A stretch of 64,000 nucleotides of DNA, from the NCBI GenBank assembly GCA_963833125.1, contig CAWHWX010000016.1:288001-352000 (forward strand), read 5' to 3'. This document shows positions 9,760-19,660 of the stretch, piece after piece. A model generated the notes under the pieces. It was not told the origin of the DNA, made no database searches, and saw only the letters and a list, made by a program, of their open reading frames with translations. Position 1 is the first letter of the stretch; each line of letters opens with the position of its first letter. The stretch is from Candidatus Bathyarchaeota archaeon. Lineage in GTDB: Archaea > Thermoproteota > Bathyarchaeia > 40CM-2-53-6. Both the position numbers and the translations under genes were made by a program.

Positions 9760-12370
9760 ATGAAGAACCGTCTCATATGGAGCGCTTCGATCATTGTAGT
9801 CATGCTTCTAGTCCTCAGCGCAACTCCAATTCAGGCAGCGATAACCTTCGGCCGCTGGCGGGACATCAACCCAACTCAATATACCGGCGATCCTGCCGGC
9901 ACCTTACGAGGAATATACGTTCGCAACGGAGGCTCAGGCTCGATTGGAGCAGGAGATGGCTGGGCTGTGGGAGGAGACAACGTTAGCAACACTCAGCAAC
10001 CCGTTCTCGCGCACTACGACGGGTTTTCATGGCCGATCATCTCTTCCCCAATCGATAATGCTACTTACAATGCAGTAAACTTCTGCACCAGCCCTGGCGC
10101 GCCCGGAGTTGGACTATGTAATCCAAACGGCGACGGGTCCGACGGATGGATTGTAGGAAACTCAAATTCTTCAACTCACCCTGCTGGCTCAGCAGGTGGG
10201 ATAGCGCTATACTGGGATGGAGCCGCGCTGTCAGTACAAGATACAGGTCTGTCGGATGCTACAGAACCTGACTTCGGTCTTCATGGTTTGTCACTCGCCA
10301 GCGTACTCAACCGGATGCCCAAGCGGAGCAGCATTCGTCTCAGGGTTAACGTACGCCGTCGGCACGAATACCACCAATAGAGGCTCAATCTGGGCGTTCA
10401 GCGGGGATCCAAAGACCAGCGGCGGATGGATAGAGCAAAAGGTGGTTGGCGTTGCTACAACGCGTTACAACAGCGTCTACATGTTCCAGGACGGTGCTGG
10501 GAACCTGGAAGGATTCGCAGTCGGTGAGGGTGGAGTTGTAGCCAGACTATTCAGCGGAGGAAACACTTGGACTGCCACCTCAATCGGCGGAGCAGCAAAC
10601 AGTCTACTTGGCGTCTTTGTTGATCAAACAAATCCAATTGATGCATGGGCTGTTGGCCGCGGCGGACAAGTTTGGCATTTCTCTACAGGTATCTGGGCAG
10701 GTCCTGTGACACCCGCGGGCACGTCACGAGATCTGTATTCAGTTCAATTGGTGAGCACAAGTGAAGGATGGATTGTAGGCTCTAACGGCACCATACTTCA
10801 CTCAACAACACTTGGTGGAAGCAACAGCTGGTTAACGCTAACAACTCCCCTGCAAACTGCGGTGGGAGATGGTCACGGAAATGTGGGAACTGGGTTATAC
10901 AGTGCCAGTTTTCCAGCCAGCGGGAACGGATGGGCGGCAGGCGCTAACGGAGTGATCCTGCAAACCAGCAATTCAGGATGCGGTTCCGCAGTACCCCAAC
11001 CATGTTGGGGCGGGAGTACAAACATTTTGGACAGTACTCAACTCAATGCCGTTTGGGAATTGGGCCAGAGCGATGCTTGGGCAGGTGGGTTATTCAACGC
11101 TAGTAACGACTGTTGTTCACTGATCCATTGGGACGGTATCAAATGGCATAGGGCAAACGTCGCACCCAGCCAAACAATCCACCCAGACATCTGGACGATA
11201 TACATGCTCAGCTCAAGTGAAGGATGGGCTATGGGCGGTAACAGCACCCACACTGGTCCAGAAGCCTTGTTGTGGAACGGCCAAAGCTGGAATGGCCAGC
11301 CGATAGCGGGATGTGGCGCCGGCAACCCATGCGAACCCAGATCAGTATTCATGTTGAGCGGAGGAACCGGAGGAGATGGATGGGCGGTTGGATTGCATGG
11401 TGAGATTTGGAGGCATCAATCCGGTAGTTGGACTCTCTTCTCGCAGCCAACACTGAACAATCTAAATGGTGTGTTCATCAACAACCAAGGCGCTCCTGCC
11501 GGTACACCTGCGGGCTGGGCTGTCGGAAATAGCGGTACTGTTCTTGTGCTGACTATAACTGGCGGTGTCCCAGTTTGGACGGCACATGCGATCCCGCAAG
11601 TTGGTTCGAGTAATTTGAATGGTGTCTACTTCACTGATTCTACCCACGGCTGGATTGTTGGGTCCTCGTCCACAATCGTTCAAACAACCGACGGTGGAAA
11701 TACTTGGAGCGGCGGAACCGGACAGGTTACGGGGATAGCTACCGCGAACCTAACCTCCGTCTTTGTTGACACATTCGGAACGGGGTCAGGAAATGGTGAT
11801 GGTTGGGCCGTCGGCGATGATCAGTCCTCACCAGGAAATGCTGTATTTGCTCATTGGGACGGCGTATCATGGGTGTACACTCCACTCGTACCTCCAATAT
11901 TGGCAGGAAGTGTCACTCCGGGTATGTCCCTGCGATCAGTTTACCTGACTAACCCTCAAGACGGCTGGGCAGTTGGGCGACCCGTGAAAGGCGGAACCCT
12001 ATCGGGCATCATCCACCTCGATCCACAAAACCCGCCGGTTGTCGGACAACAAGCCACCGCTACAAATTCAACGAGTTCAAGTTCTGCAGCGACGACAACA
12101 AGCTCTTCAGCTTCAACAATAGAATCCAGCTCAAGCGCATCGACGATACCTGTGACTACTACGAGTCCGCTGACTATTACCTCGGTAAGCACGTCAGTAT
12201 CCACGATGACGGTAGCGAGCACGCCTACGACAGAGAGTAGTTCAACTACGATCTCGGTTTCGACTCCAATGGTGATGCCCGCAATACCGGGCTTCCCCTG
12301 GGAATCAATTATCGTGGGCGTCATGATTGGAATGACGGTGCTTGCAATAGTTAGGCGACGCAAGAAGTAA
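9760..12370 (+). CDS. Paralogous GWAVG-repeat surface protein, apparent frameshift near 10250
   Basis: ORFs 9760-10380 and 10217-12370 join into one protein. Shares the WRDINP start, GWAVG repeats, Ser/Thr stalk and IPGFPWESII-TM-RRRKK with the 6702 gene. Confidence 0.8.
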
Positions 12371-12391
12371 CGCAGGATTCGTCATCCTGCG
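12371..12391 (+). terminator. Hairpin directly after the stop codon
   Basis: CGCAGGAT-tcgtc-ATCCTGCG, a perfect 8-bp stem. Confidence 0.4.
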
Positions 12392-12594
12392 CTCTCCTAT
12401 TCTGAAGTATATTCAGAATATTGAAATTTCCTTGTAAAATTCTTTCAAGCAAGGGCTTTTCGGAACGGCGATTGTTGACTCGAAACAGCATATTGTTAAC
12501 TAATCTTTTGAGAGCCGCGGAAAAATGACATGTGTTTGAGTGCGACCCTGGTTAGGTTTATCTTCAATGGTTCCCGCATTTTCTCAGATTCCAT

Positions 12595-13161
12595 TTGCGC
12601 AAACGGTCCTTGATCGTTGGGTCCATGGTGCTGGCCGCGGTTCTAGGCATGCTTAGCCTATCCGCGGCCTCCGCCGTGAACTCCCCCCAACAGTTAGCGA
12701 CCATATCCTTCACGATGACGACCACGTCTAACTACCTGGTTACAACCGCAGGTCCGCCATCGGTGAGCTTCAATTCCATTCAACTGGACACTAGCACGCC
12801 TCAGGCTTTCGCATTCGGAGTCAACGCAAAAGCTTCACAGGGTTTCACCATAACTGAGTTAGATTGGCAATTCGGCGACGGTTCGCCTATGCTCCGTGTG
12901 CCCTACTGTTGCCAGAGCGTGGTGAGCGAGGTACAATATCATTCATACCAGCCGCCATTCCAACAATCATACACCGTCACCGTCATTGCCTACGATAACA
13001 GCGGAGGCAGCCCAGGTTACGCAACTGCAACAGTGAACTGGCCCACACCCGTCCCAGAATATCCCAGCCTGGCCATCCCACTACTAGGCGCACTCTTAGC
13101 CGCACTAGCCACGGTCAAGTACGCAAAGAATACTCGACCTAGGCGTTCAGCATTCTTCTAA
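12595..13161 (+). CDS. Secreted PKD-domain protein with PEF-CTERM-like anchor
   Basis: Signal peptide, WQFGDGS...YHSY...YTVTV PKD motif, VPEYP-TM-basic tail. Confidence 0.7.
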   Translation: MRKRSLIVGSMVLAAVLGMLSLSAASAVNSPQQLATISFTMTTTSNYLVTTAGPPSVSFNSIQLDTSTPQAFAFGVNAKASQGFTITELDWQFGDGSPMLRVPYCCQSVVSEVQYHSYQPPFQQSYTVTVIAYDNSGGSPGYATATVNWPTPVPEYPSLAIPLLGALLAALATVKYAKNTRPRRSAFF

Positions 13162-13463
13162 CGGGCCACTCGTAAGCGGCCAGTTCGTAACCTTTACCAC
13201 AGCCTAGTCGTTGAGCCATGATCGTAGATCTGGCCTCCAAGTCTCATCGTTATTGAACTTGCAGCGGCGATTCTTCCAGTCTGTATCCTCTGTGACGCCT
13301 GCTTATTCGAAGGCGGGGCAGGTGATTTTTGTTGCATGAATGCTCTATTAACAAGGGAGTGGGAGATGGGATTTATTCTCGTGAGGCAAGAAAGTAATTT
13401 GCGTTCGCTAGGCTCCTTCTCCTCAAGAAGCGTAGCGTTATGCCTAGGAGAACGGGTTCCTTT

Positions 13464-14139
13464 CATGCTGAGTGTCGTCTTAGGAACTCTTCTGATTACC
13501 GTCGGCCTTTTTCCTGTTCACGCCGCCTCGGCACTCGTGCAGCAGAATAATGTGGAATGTTCCAACTGCACAAGTACACTTTCTGTCTCTTTCAAAAGTG
13601 GTGTTACAAGTGGGGATGTGATAGTAGTAGGTGTCGTTGTTGCTGATGCTTCCTTCACATTAAGCTCTCTCACAGACTCCTTGAGTTCAACGTTCACTCA
13701 AGCAGTAACATCAACCAACACACCGCCGCCAACCGTCTATATTTTCTACGCCACCCTCTCTTCTACTGGGACTGATATCGTTACAGCGACCTTTAGCGCT
13801 GCTGCACCAGCCGAGAGCGTTTACATCTACGAAGTCTCAGGTGTTAGAACTACGGGATTGGCAACAGCCACCGGCTCGGGTCTAGGCGCATCCATTTCAA
13901 CCTCGTTGCCTGTCACCTTTCAGGCTGGAGCCTTTCTACTTGGAATCATAGCAACGAACAATTTCGCTGGAAACGTTACTACCGGAACAGGTTTTGCTCC
14001 TAGCGAGGATAATTCTGGCATAGGCGTTACGCATGCTCAGTATTCTATATCCAATTTCACTTCAACCACAAACTTCCCAGCGACTACCAATTCGGTAGTC
14101 GGTTGGGTGGAAGATGGGATAGCGCTCATGTCCATTTAG
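13464..14139 (+). CDS. Secreted Ser/Thr-rich beta-strand hypothetical protein
   Basis: Signal peptide MLSVVLGTLLITVGLFPVHAAS, then VTSGDVIVV...YEVSGV beta-rich domain; start uncertain. Confidence 0.55.
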
Positions 14140-14291
14140 ACCGACAGCTTCGTTCGCAGTACCGACCCGCATCCCGTTAATCAGTGTCGTTTGAAGAGCA
14201 GGTTTTGAAAGATAGGCCCCCCTGTGGGGCGCTTAAAAAGGGCTTATATATGGAGGTGGTTTACGAATTTGTTAAACCCGCTTTATATAAG

Positions 14292-14873
14292 GTGGAGAGT
14301 CTGCCAATAGTCAAGAAAGCTTTCATCAACATCGAAAACGTCGTCGCCTCTGCGACTCTTCATCAGAACATTGACCTAAACTCCATAGTTCGCGTATTCC
14401 CAGGCGTTGAATATCGCCCCGAGCAATTCCCCGGACTAGTCTACAGGCTCAAGAAACCCAAGACTGCGACGCTAATCTTCAGTTCTGGAAAAATGGTTTG
14501 TACAGGAGCGAAGTCAGAGCGACAGGCTAGAAAAGCGGTCATGAAAGTTGTTGATGAGTTGAAGAGAAACGGGATCGTAATCTTCGGAAAGCCTGAGATT
14601 ATGATTCAGAACATAGTCGCCTCGGCTGGACTAGGAGGCGCCATTGATCTAGAGAAATCAACCTATTCACTCAAGCGCACCATGTACGAACCTGAGCAAT
14701 TTCCTGGTTTGATCTACCGAATGGACGACCCGAAAGTAGTGATCCTGCTTTTCGCAAGCGGAAAATTGGTTTGCACAGGCGCCAAGAAAGAAACTGAAGT
14801 ACACAGGGCTGTAGCAAAACTGCAAGGAACTCTCGAAGAGAAAGCTCTCATAAGCTACGAACCACCACCCTAA
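14292..14873 (+). CDS. tbp: TATA-box binding protein
   Basis: Two TBP repeats: IENVVAS...YRPEQFPGLVYR...LIFSSGKMVCTGAK and IQNIVAS...YEPEQFPGLIYR...FASGKLVCTGAK. Start is GTG 14292 or CTG 14301. Confidence 0.97.
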   Translation: MESLPIVKKAFINIENVVASATLHQNIDLNSIVRVFPGVEYRPEQFPGLVYRLKKPKTATLIFSSGKMVCTGAKSERQARKAVMKVVDELKRNGIVIFGKPEIMIQNIVASAGLGGAIDLEKSTYSLKRTMYEPEQFPGLIYRMDDPKVVILLFASGKLVCTGAKKETEVHRAVAKLQGTLEEKALISYEPPP

Positions 14874-14969
14874 ACCGGAAATCGATTCCTGGCCATCTCC
14901 GATGGCCGAGCAAATGAACCAGTCAATCCAACGCATCTTACTCGTTAAGCGTAACTGAGAATAGCAAGG

Positions 14970-15260
14970 ATGGCATTGGTGTCTTCCGTGGTTGTGATGT
15001 CAGAGAAGCGGAAGATTGGCGCTTATGTTCTTATCAAAATTGCACCTGGAAAATCCAGGTCAATCACCGAGCAAATTTCTAAAGTCGAGGGTGTAAAGAC
15101 GGCCCATCCCGTGACGGGCATGTTTGACATCATCGCATTCGTCGAAGGGTCCGACATCAACAACCTCACCGGAATCGTCAGGTCCAAAATACAAACGATT
15201 GAAGGTATCTTGCGAACTCACACGGCCATCGTAGGCGAACTCATGACAACAGGCGATTAG
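14970..15260 (+). CDS. Lrp/AsnC ligand-binding (stand-alone RAM) domain protein
   Basis: AYVLIKI.PG...VEGV..AHPVTGMFDIIA...IEGILRTHTAI; likely start near 14997. Confidence 0.8.
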   Translation: MALVSSVVVMSEKRKIGAYVLIKIAPGKSRSITEQISKVEGVKTAHPVTGMFDIIAFVEGSDINNLTGIVRSKIQTIEGILRTHTAIVGELMTTGD

Positions 15261-15272
15261 CCTGGTGCCAGA

Positions 15273-15902
15273 TCAGTTGCTCATTTCTAATGCGAACGCT
15301 TTCGCGGTTTGCGATTTCTTTGACTCATCATATTCCATTGCTATGATCAAGAAGACAAGTAATACGATCAGTATCCAACCCAGAGGGCCTCGAAGTTCCA
15401 GGCTGAGCAGGCCAATGTAGGGTATCTTCGTAACGTAGACGCCTATCAGGTTCGCTCCGGGTACTTTCCATCCGTCGGCAACGCCGTTGTTGTCGCCTTT
15501 GGTCGAGAAGAATATTTGCCCGCCTTCATTGTCGATGGCGATGACCCTATGCACGATCACGGTGGGATAATCATATGGGCTGTGGAAGATGATGATCGTT
15601 CCAACAGTCACAGTGCTCGGGTCCGTACCCCTAACAATTATGATGTCACCGACATTTAGGGTGGGGATCATGCTGCCTGAAGAAACGACCATCAACGGTG
15701 AGTCGGTTTGAAGAGCAACCCGCATCGCTCCCACGGAGCCCAGGGTTACACCGAATAGAATCACGATCAGTACTACAACTCTTGCGACAGGATTAGCCTT
15801 CAGTACACTTCGGACTTCGGAAATTGGGCCGTTTGACAAATACCGATCGCAGCTTCGAACTCGTTCTTGATTGATATTGCTTTCCGTTCCGACGAAACCC
15901 AA
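15273..15902 (-). CDS. Signal peptidase I (archaeal Sec11 type)
   Basis: VVSSGSMIPTLNVGD, IVHRV and TKGDNN catalytic motifs with flanking TM helices; true start probably near 15800. Confidence 0.9.
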   Translation of the reverse strand: MGFVGTESNINQERVRSCDRYLSNGPISEVRSVLKANPVARVVVLIVILFGVTLGSVGAMRVALQTDSPLMVVSSGSMIPTLNVGDIIIVRGTDPSTVTVGTIIIFHSPYDYPTVIVHRVIAIDNEGGQIFFSTKGDNNGVADGWKVPGANLIGVYVTKIPYIGLLSLELRGPLGWILIVLLVFLIIAMEYDESKKSQTAKAFALEMSN

Positions 15903-15910
15903 TTCTAGAA

Positions 15911-16255
15911 CTAGGGCTTCTCCGCAGCCGTTTGGCCTTGTATGATTCTTGCCAGTTCGAGGGTTGCGCGTTCCCCTGCTTCCAGGAAGTTGATTCCACC
16001 TTCTGTTATCTTATAGATTCTTCTTCCCCGACCTTTTTGTGCTTCCCATTCGCCTTGGATGTAGCCGTCTGCTTCCAACGAGTGCAGGAGTGGGTATAGA
16101 GTGCCAGCGCTCAGGTAAACGCGATATCTATCTCGAATAGCTATGTTGACCTCATATCCCCATTGTGGCTTGGCTCGCAGGAGTCTGAGTATGATCAGGT
16201 CTAGGTTGTTTTTCACAACCCGTTCGCGCCAATCTTTCTCTATGTTCCTGATCAA
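15911..16255 (-). CDS. PadR-family transcriptional regulator
   Basis: LIILRLL...WGYE...SAGTLYPLLHSLE..G.I...W....RRIYKITEGG. Confidence 0.9.
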   Translation of the reverse strand: MIRNIEKDWRERVVKNNLDLIILRLLRAKPQWGYEVNIAIRDRYRVYLSAGTLYPLLHSLEADGYIQGEWEAQKGRGRRIYKITEGGINFLEAGERATLELARIIQGQTAAEKP

Positions 16256-16387
16256 GTATTCGGCCCCATGAAGCTCTCGCTATCATTCCTCTGGAATTCT
16301 GCATTTACAGCGATTGTTCTTGGAATTATAATTACCCGTCGCCTGGATGCCCTATTTGAACGATTTACCCAATATACGGAACTTAGA

Positions 16388-16627
16388 TCATTCTGCTATT
16401 GCGACTTGGCTTCCTTGTCCAAGGCCTAAGGGTTGTTCTTCGAACTTCACGATGAGAAAATCATCTTCCACGCCAATGACTTTGCCCTTGAAATCCTTGG
16501 TTTTAGAGAATTGGAAGGTCGCTTCGTGGCCGATGAATGAGTCAAGGTTCGGCTCGGAAAGGGTTATCCAGGCTTTGTTTTCCTGATCGTCGAACGTTAT
16601 AACTACACCAATCATAGATTCAACCAC
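16388..16627 (-). CDS. Small acidic beta-barrel hypothetical protein
   Basis: 79-aa ORF with plausible composition (FKGKVIGVEDDFLIVKFE). Confidence 0.55.
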   Translation of the reverse strand: MVESMIGVVITFDDQENKAWITLSEPNLDSFIGHEATFQFSKTKDFKGKVIGVEDDFLIVKFEEQPLGLGQGSQVAIAE

Positions 16628-16717
16628 AATATTCTACCTAACAATACCTATTGTTGAAGCTTTGCCAACCCGCCACGCATCTTCTAACCTAGCCGTTTAA
16701 TTATGGTGCGTCAGTGG

Positions 16718-17200
16718 TCATTCCTCGCGTCTGCCGATTTCCTGGAGTCTTGCCTTCCGCCTTTCCTGCGCTTCTGTCCAACGTCGCTTGTCTTCGTCGG
16801 TCTCCAATTTGAGTGGGGGTACGGCGGCGGGTTTTCGGTTCTTATCTAGTCCGACATAGGTCAGGAAGGAGGTTCCTGTGTGGCGTACCTCTCCTGTGAA
16901 GGGGTTCTCGGCTTCGACGCGAACTCCCACCTCCATTGAGGTGCGGTGAACGAAGTTGATGGATGCGTTTAGCCGGAGCATGTCTCCTATGTAGACGGGG
17001 GAGTAGAAGTCCATTCTGTCAACGGAAGCGGTGACAACGTTTGTGCGTGCGTGTTTTAGGGCCACCACTGATCCAACCTCATCGATCAGTCGCAAGATTG
17101 CCCCTCCGAAAACATTGCCGGAATTGTTCGCGTCCATAGGCATCATGATCCTAACCATAATAGTTGTGGACTCTCGCGGAGTCTTTGCCGCTTGGGACAT
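16718..17200 (-). CDS. Acyl-CoA thioesterase (hotdog fold, YciA-like)
   Basis: DANNSGNVFGG.IL..IDE, VVTASVD.MDF, RTSMEVGV.V. Confidence 0.9.
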   Translation of the reverse strand: MSQAAKTPRESTTIMVRIMMPMDANNSGNVFGGAILRLIDEVGSVVALKHARTNVVTASVDRMDFYSPVYIGDMLRLNASINFVHRTSMEVGVRVEAENPFTGEVRHTGTSFLTYVGLDKNRKPAAVPPLKLETDEDKRRWTEAQERRKARLQEIGRREE

Positions 17201-17478
17201 GGTTTCACTCGTCGGAACCCGAGATGTTGCCGGGCAATTAATTGCTTTTGAGAGACAGGCCCTTAACCAAGAGTGTTAGAGCGAATTTTGTAGAGGCCAC
17301 GAGATTTCAGGAGTTTCAGACGGTAACGTCAATTTGTCGGGGTTGCTGCTGCAAACTGCTTCGTATGGGGGGATCGAGGCGTAAAATGAGCCGAGGGGAA
17401 CCTTCATTTGGCACCGTTTGGCACCACCCCTCGAGGGGTGGATCCACCCACTTAATTCCGCACAGAAAACAAGAAGAA

Positions 17479-17613
17479 CCCCTTAACAACCGTTACGTGA
17501 CGTTACCTTTCAGACTGCAGGTACTGGGTTGAGAACCGTCCAAGTTCTTTCACAAGGTCGTTCATGTGGTGGAAGGGGGGATGTGTCATACATCCCATGT
17601 CGGTTGTTAGAGG
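17479..17613. ncRNA. Candidate structured non-coding RNA of unknown family
   Basis: Closing stem CCTTAACAACCG / CGGTTGTTAGAGG encloses three hairpins in a 600-nt intergenic gap. Confidence 0.35.
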
Positions 17614-17816
17614 CCTCTGGGGGAGGGCGTAGTTTTCTATGGCGGAAGGGAGCTGGGCGGATGGTGCGTTTCGGTCATTTCCCACGGTTTTGATGGAATT
17701 TACGGGTTTAGATGGGTCTAGGATGGCAAAGCGGGTACCCACGTTTCACCTTATCTTTGGTTTGGAAACCGTTAATATAGATGGAGTCGTTCGGCGGGAT
17801 AAGTTCACCTTAGACG

Positions 17817-19493
17817 GTGGTTAATATGGAAACAATTCAGATAGAAAGAACTGAGACTAAACAAATTCGAGAGACCCGAAGCATCTGCCCCGACTGCAAC
17901 AGAATCCTTCCCGCAAACGTGTACGAACGAGAAGGAAAGATTTGGATAAGCAAAACCTGCCCAGAGCACGGGGAGGTTGAGGAACTTTACTTTGGTTCCG
18001 CTGACATGTACTATAAGTTCGCCAAGTATTCGCACAATGGAAAGGGTATCGAGAACCCGAACGTACCCTTAGAGAAGTGTGCTTGCCCAACCAACTGCGG
18101 GCTGTGTACAAGCCATCTAAGCCACTCAGGCTTAACTAACCTAGTAATCACTAACCGATGCGATCTTACCTGCTGGTACTGCTTCTTCTACGCCAAGAAA
18201 GGCGTCGAAGGCGCCTACGTGTACGAACCGACCCTCGAAAAGATCCGTGAAATGGTTCAGGTTCTCAGAGCTGAGAGACCAGTTCCTGGAAACGCAATCC
18301 AAATCACTGGTGGAGAACCAACTCTACGCAGCGACCTTACTGAGATTATCAAAATCTGCAGAGAAGAAGGAGTTGAGCACATACAGCTCAACAGCAACGC
18401 CATCAATCTGGCGCAAGACCCCGAGATGGCGGGACGAATTCGAAGGGCAGGCGTGAACACTGTTTACATGAGTTTTGACGGAGTTACGCCGAGGACGAAC
18501 CCTAAGAATCACTGGGAAGCCCCGATTGCAATTGAGGAGTGCAGGAAGGTCGCTTTGGGTGTAGTTTTAGTCCCAACGGTCATTAAGAGCATTAACGACC
18601 ACGAACTAGGCGGTCTCATCCGGTTCGGACAACGGAACATGGATGTAATTCACGCAGTCAACTTCCAACCAGTTTCTCTCACAGGCCGACTATCGAAGAC
18701 CGAGAGGGAGAAATACCGAATAACGATCCCCGACTGCATCGAACGCATCGAGGAACAAACAAACGGAGAAGTAGGGAGAGAAACATGGTTCCCAGTCCCA
18801 AGCTGCGTCCCAATCACACACTTCGTCGAAGCCTTAACGAAGCGTCCCCGATACGAGCTCTCCATACACTTCGCGTGCGGCGCAGGTACCTATGTGTTCA
18901 AAGACGGCGACAAACTCGTCCCACTAGCCTCCTTCGTCGACTTAGAAGGGCTACTGGAATTCCTGGAAGAGAAAGCGGACGAACTCAATGCCGGCAAGAG
19001 CAAGTACCTGGTCGTAGCCAAAGTGCTAGCGAAGATGGGAACATTCATCGACAGAAGCAAACAACCCAAAGGCTTAGCGTTGAGTAAACTACTCTTCAAC
19101 GCACTCGTCAAGAACGACTACACCGCCCTGGGCGCTTTCCACCACAAATCAATGTTCCTCGGCATGATGCACTTCATGGACAAATACAACCACGACGAAG
19201 AACGCCTACGAAGATGCGACATCCACTACCTCAGCCCAGACATGAGAATAATCCCATTCTGCGCCTTCAACGTAATCCCAGAATGGTACAGGGACGCTAT
19301 CCAACCAAAGTACGGAATCCCAATCGCGGAATGGGAAAAAGCCCACAACACAACCCTAGAACAAGGCCTCTACAAGGGCACTCTACGAAAAGGTAAAGGT
19401 CACTCCGCAGGATGCGGATGCCCACTCGGCGCAGTCAACACACCAAGCTCCGAACTCTTGACCATCGAAAACGGCATGATCAAGACAAAGTAA
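17817..19493 (+). CDS. tes: Tetraether lipid synthase Tes (GDGT macrocyclase, MJ0619-like radical SAM)
   Basis: N-terminal TRSICPDC...KTCPEHG, CP.NCGLC..H, TNRCDLTCWYCF, IQITGGEPT, NFQPVS.TGR, CGAGTY and RC.IHY..PD.RIIPFC.FN. Confidence 0.8.
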   Translation: MVNMETIQIERTETKQIRETRSICPDCNRILPANVYEREGKIWISKTCPEHGEVEELYFGSADMYYKFAKYSHNGKGIENPNVPLEKCACPTNCGLCTSHLSHSGLTNLVITNRCDLTCWYCFFYAKKGVEGAYVYEPTLEKIREMVQVLRAERPVPGNAIQITGGEPTLRSDLTEIIKICREEGVEHIQLNSNAINLAQDPEMAGRIRRAGVNTVYMSFDGVTPRTNPKNHWEAPIAIEECRKVALGVVLVPTVIKSINDHELGGLIRFGQRNMDVIHAVNFQPVSLTGRLSKTEREKYRITIPDCIERIEEQTNGEVGRETWFPVPSCVPITHFVEALTKRPRYELSIHFACGAGTYVFKDGDKLVPLASFVDLEGLLEFLEEKADELNAGKSKYLVVAKVLAKMGTFIDRSKQPKGLALSKLLFNALVKNDYTALGAFHHKSMFLGMMHFMDKYNHDEERLRRCDIHYLSPDMRIIPFCAFNVIPEWYRDAIQPKYGIPIAEWEKAHNTTLEQGLYKGTLRKGKGHSAGCGCPLGAVNTPSSELLTIENGMIKTK

Positions 19494-19660
19494 CACCTCC
19501 AGAATTAATACCCCCTCAACTCCTTCCCTTCCCATTTCCATTTTTATCATGTAGAGTACTCTCTGAAACTTTGGTGTGAAACAGAGGTCTTTTCCAAGGC
19601 CTCAACCTGAACGTTTTTCAGTGAAACAGATTCTTACTAAGGCCTCAGAGGTAGTCCGGC

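Noticed and set aside
14184-14291. N-terminal extension of the TBP ORF
   Set aside because: It runs through a hairpin and the TATA elements and has no TBP similarity.
17388-17630. Assignment as SRP RNA, RNase P RNA or 5S rRNA
   Set aside because: I could not find the SRP helix-8 motif, the RNase P P4 sequences or 5S conserved loops on either strand.
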